NCBI RefSeq assembly: GCF_030144855.1
Contig: NC_082710.1
Span: forward strand, 184,822,001 to 184,886,000
Length of the DNA: 64,000 bases
Source: Hypanus sabinus
Taxonomy: Eukaryota
Direction of reading: 5' to 3'
Shown here piece by piece: positions 61,701 through 64,000 of this stretch. Every line of letters begins with the position of its first letter. The stretch's first letter is position 1. The notes below the pieces were generated by a model. The model was not told the DNA's origin and did no database searches. It saw only the letters and a list, made by a program, of their open reading frames with translations. A program made the translations under genes and the position numbers.

Positions 61701-64000
61701 GAATGTGGAGAGAATGTTTCCTATAGTGGGGGAGTCTAGGACCAGAGGACACAGAGAGAGTGAATGTGGAGAGAATGTTTTCTATAGTGGGGGAGTCTAG
61801 GACCAGAGGACACAGATAGAGTGGATGTGGAGAGGATGTTTCCTATAGTGGCAGAATCTAGGACCAGAGGGCACAGATAGAGTGGATGTGGAGAGGATGT
61901 TTCCTATAGTGGGGGAGTCTAGGACCACAGATAGAGTGGATGTGGAGAGGATGTTTCCTATAGTGGGAGAGTCTAGGACCAGAGGACACAGCTAGTGTGG
62001 ATGTGGAGACCATGTTTCCTATAGAGGGGGAGTCTAGGACCAGAGGACACAGAGACAGTGGATGTGGAGGGAATGTTTCCTATAGTGGGGGAGTCTAGTA
62101 CCAGAGCATACAGAGACAGTGGACGTGGAGAGGATGTTTCCTATAGTGGCAGAATCTAGGACCAGAGGGCACAGATAGAGTGGATGTGGAGAGGATGTTT
62201 CCTATAGTGGGAGAGACTAGGACCAGAGGGCACAGATACAGTGGATGTAGAGAGGATGTTTCCTATAGTGGGGGAGTCTAGGACCAGAGGACACAGATAG
62301 AGTAGATGTGGTGAGGATGTTTCCTATAGTGGGAGAGTCTAGGACCAGAGGACACAGCGAGAGTGGATGTGGAGAGGATGTTTCCGAAAGTGGGGGAGTC
62401 TAGGACCAGAGGGCACAGGTAGAGTGGGTGTGGAGAGGATGTTTCCTATAGTGGGAGATTCTAGGAACAGACGCCACAGAGAGAGTGGATGTGGAGAGGA
62501 TGTTTCCTATAGAGGGGGTGTCTAGGACCAGAGTGCACAGAGAGACTGGATGTGGAGAGGATGTTTCCTATAGTGGGGGAGTCTAGGACCAGAGGACACA
62601 GAGAGGATGCGGAGAGGATGTTTCCTATAGTGGGAGAGTCTAGGACCAGAGGACACAGATAGTGAGTATGTGGAGAGGATGTTTCCAATAGTGGGGGAGT
62701 CTAGGACCAGAGGACACAGAGAGAGTGGATGTGGAGAGGATGTTTCCTATAGTGGGGGAGTCTAGGACCAGAGGGTACAGGTAGAGTGGGTGTGGAGAGG
62801 ATGTTTCCTATAGTGGGAGATTCTAGGAACAGACGCCACAGAGAGAGTGGATGTGGAGAGGATGTTTCCTATAGAGGGGGTGTCTAGGACCAGAGTGCAC
62901 AGAGAGACTGGATGTGGAGAGGATGTTTCCTATAGTGGGGTAGTCTAGCACCAGAGGACACAGAGTGGATGCGGAGAGGATGTTTCCTATAGTGGGAGAG
63001 TCTAGGACCAGAGGACACAGATAGTGAGTATGTGGAGAGGATGTTTCCAATAGTGGGGGAGTCTAGGACCAGAGGACACAGAGAGAGTGGATGTGGAGAG
63101 GAGGTTTCCTATAGTGGGGGAGTCTAGGACCAGAGGACACAGATAGAGTAGATGTGGTGAGGATGTTTCCTATAGTGGGAGAGTCTAGGACCAGAGGACA
63201 CAGCGAGAGTGGATGTGGAGAGGATGTTTCCGAAAGTGGGGGAGTCTAGGACCAGAGGGCACAGGTAGAGTGGGTGTGGAGAGGATGTTTCCTATAGTGG
63301 GAGATTCTAGGAACAGACGCCACAGAGAGAGTGGATGTGGAGAGGATGTTTCCTATAGAGGGGGTGTCTAGGACCAGAGTGCACAGAGAGACTGGATGTG
63401 GAGAGGATGTTTCCTATAGTGGGGGAGTCTAGGACCAGAGGGCACCGATAGAGTGGCTGTGGAGAGGATGTTTCCTATAGTGGGGGAGTCTAGGACCACA
63501 GATAGAGTAGATGTGGAGAGGATGTTTCCTATAGTGGGAGAGTCTATGACCAGAGGGCACAGATAGTGGATGTGGAGAGGATGTTTCCTACAGTGGGGGA
63601 GTCTAGGACCAGAGGACACAGAGACAGTGGATGTGGAGGGAATGTTTCCTATAGTGGGGGAGTCTAGTACCAGAGCACACAGAGACAGTGGATGTGGAGA
63701 GGATGTTTCCTATAGTGGGGGTGTCTAGGACCAGAGGACACAGATAGAGTGAATGTGGAGAGAATGTTTCCTATAGTGGGGGAGTCTAGGACCAGAGGAC
63801 ACAGAGAGAGTGAATGTGGAGAGAATGTTTTCTATAGTGGGGGAGTCTAGGACCAGAGGACACAGATAGAGTGGATGTGGAGAGGATGTTTCCTATAGTG
63901 GCAGAATCTAGGACCAGAGGGCACAGATAGAGTGGATGTGGAGAGGATGTTTCCTATAGTGGGGGAGTCTAGGACCACAGATAGAGTGGATGTGGAGAGG
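58715..64000 (+). repeat. ~61-bp CR1-derived minisatellite, >85 units, running off the window end
   Basis: Unit gatagagtggatgtggagaggatgtttcctatagtgggggagtctaggaccagaggacaca encodes DRVDVERMFPIVGESRTRGH, the CR1 ORF2 C-terminal segment. Confidence 0.97.

Overview
Vertebrate nuclear DNA, not prokaryotic. The repeat set (CR1 LINEs, Rex1/Babar fragments, Penelope-like elements, V-SINE-like SINEs, Tc1/mariner, Tigger) suggests a cartilaginous fish (inference). One clear host gene is present: a BTB/POZ + 4 C2H2 zinc-finger gene with a single coding exon (35065-36390, +), most like ZBTB12. It is probably transcribed from a CpG island at ~10.8-11.3 kb via a non-coding first exon and a ~24 kb TE-filled intron. 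Upstream is a young, nearly complete Ty3/Gypsy retrotransposon (4998-9811) with CsRN1-clade hallmarks (CHCC Gag motif, tRNA-Trp PBS) and a well-formed -1 frameshift heptamer plus pseudoknot. About 47% of the window is four minisatellites: 58 bp (from a Rex1/Babar LINE), 22-31 bp, 42 bp (~19.3 kb, just after the ZBTB stop) and 61 bp (from CR1 ORF2). The 1000-3700 aa ORFs in the ORF track are artefacts of these arrays. I found no convincing wholly novel system. The best leads are the frameshift pseudoknot, Penelope-associated hammerhead remnants, LINE-born minisatellites, the array in the apparent 3'UTR and the diverged ZBTB12-like fingers. TE boundaries are approximate and family calls come from recalled motifs, not database searches.
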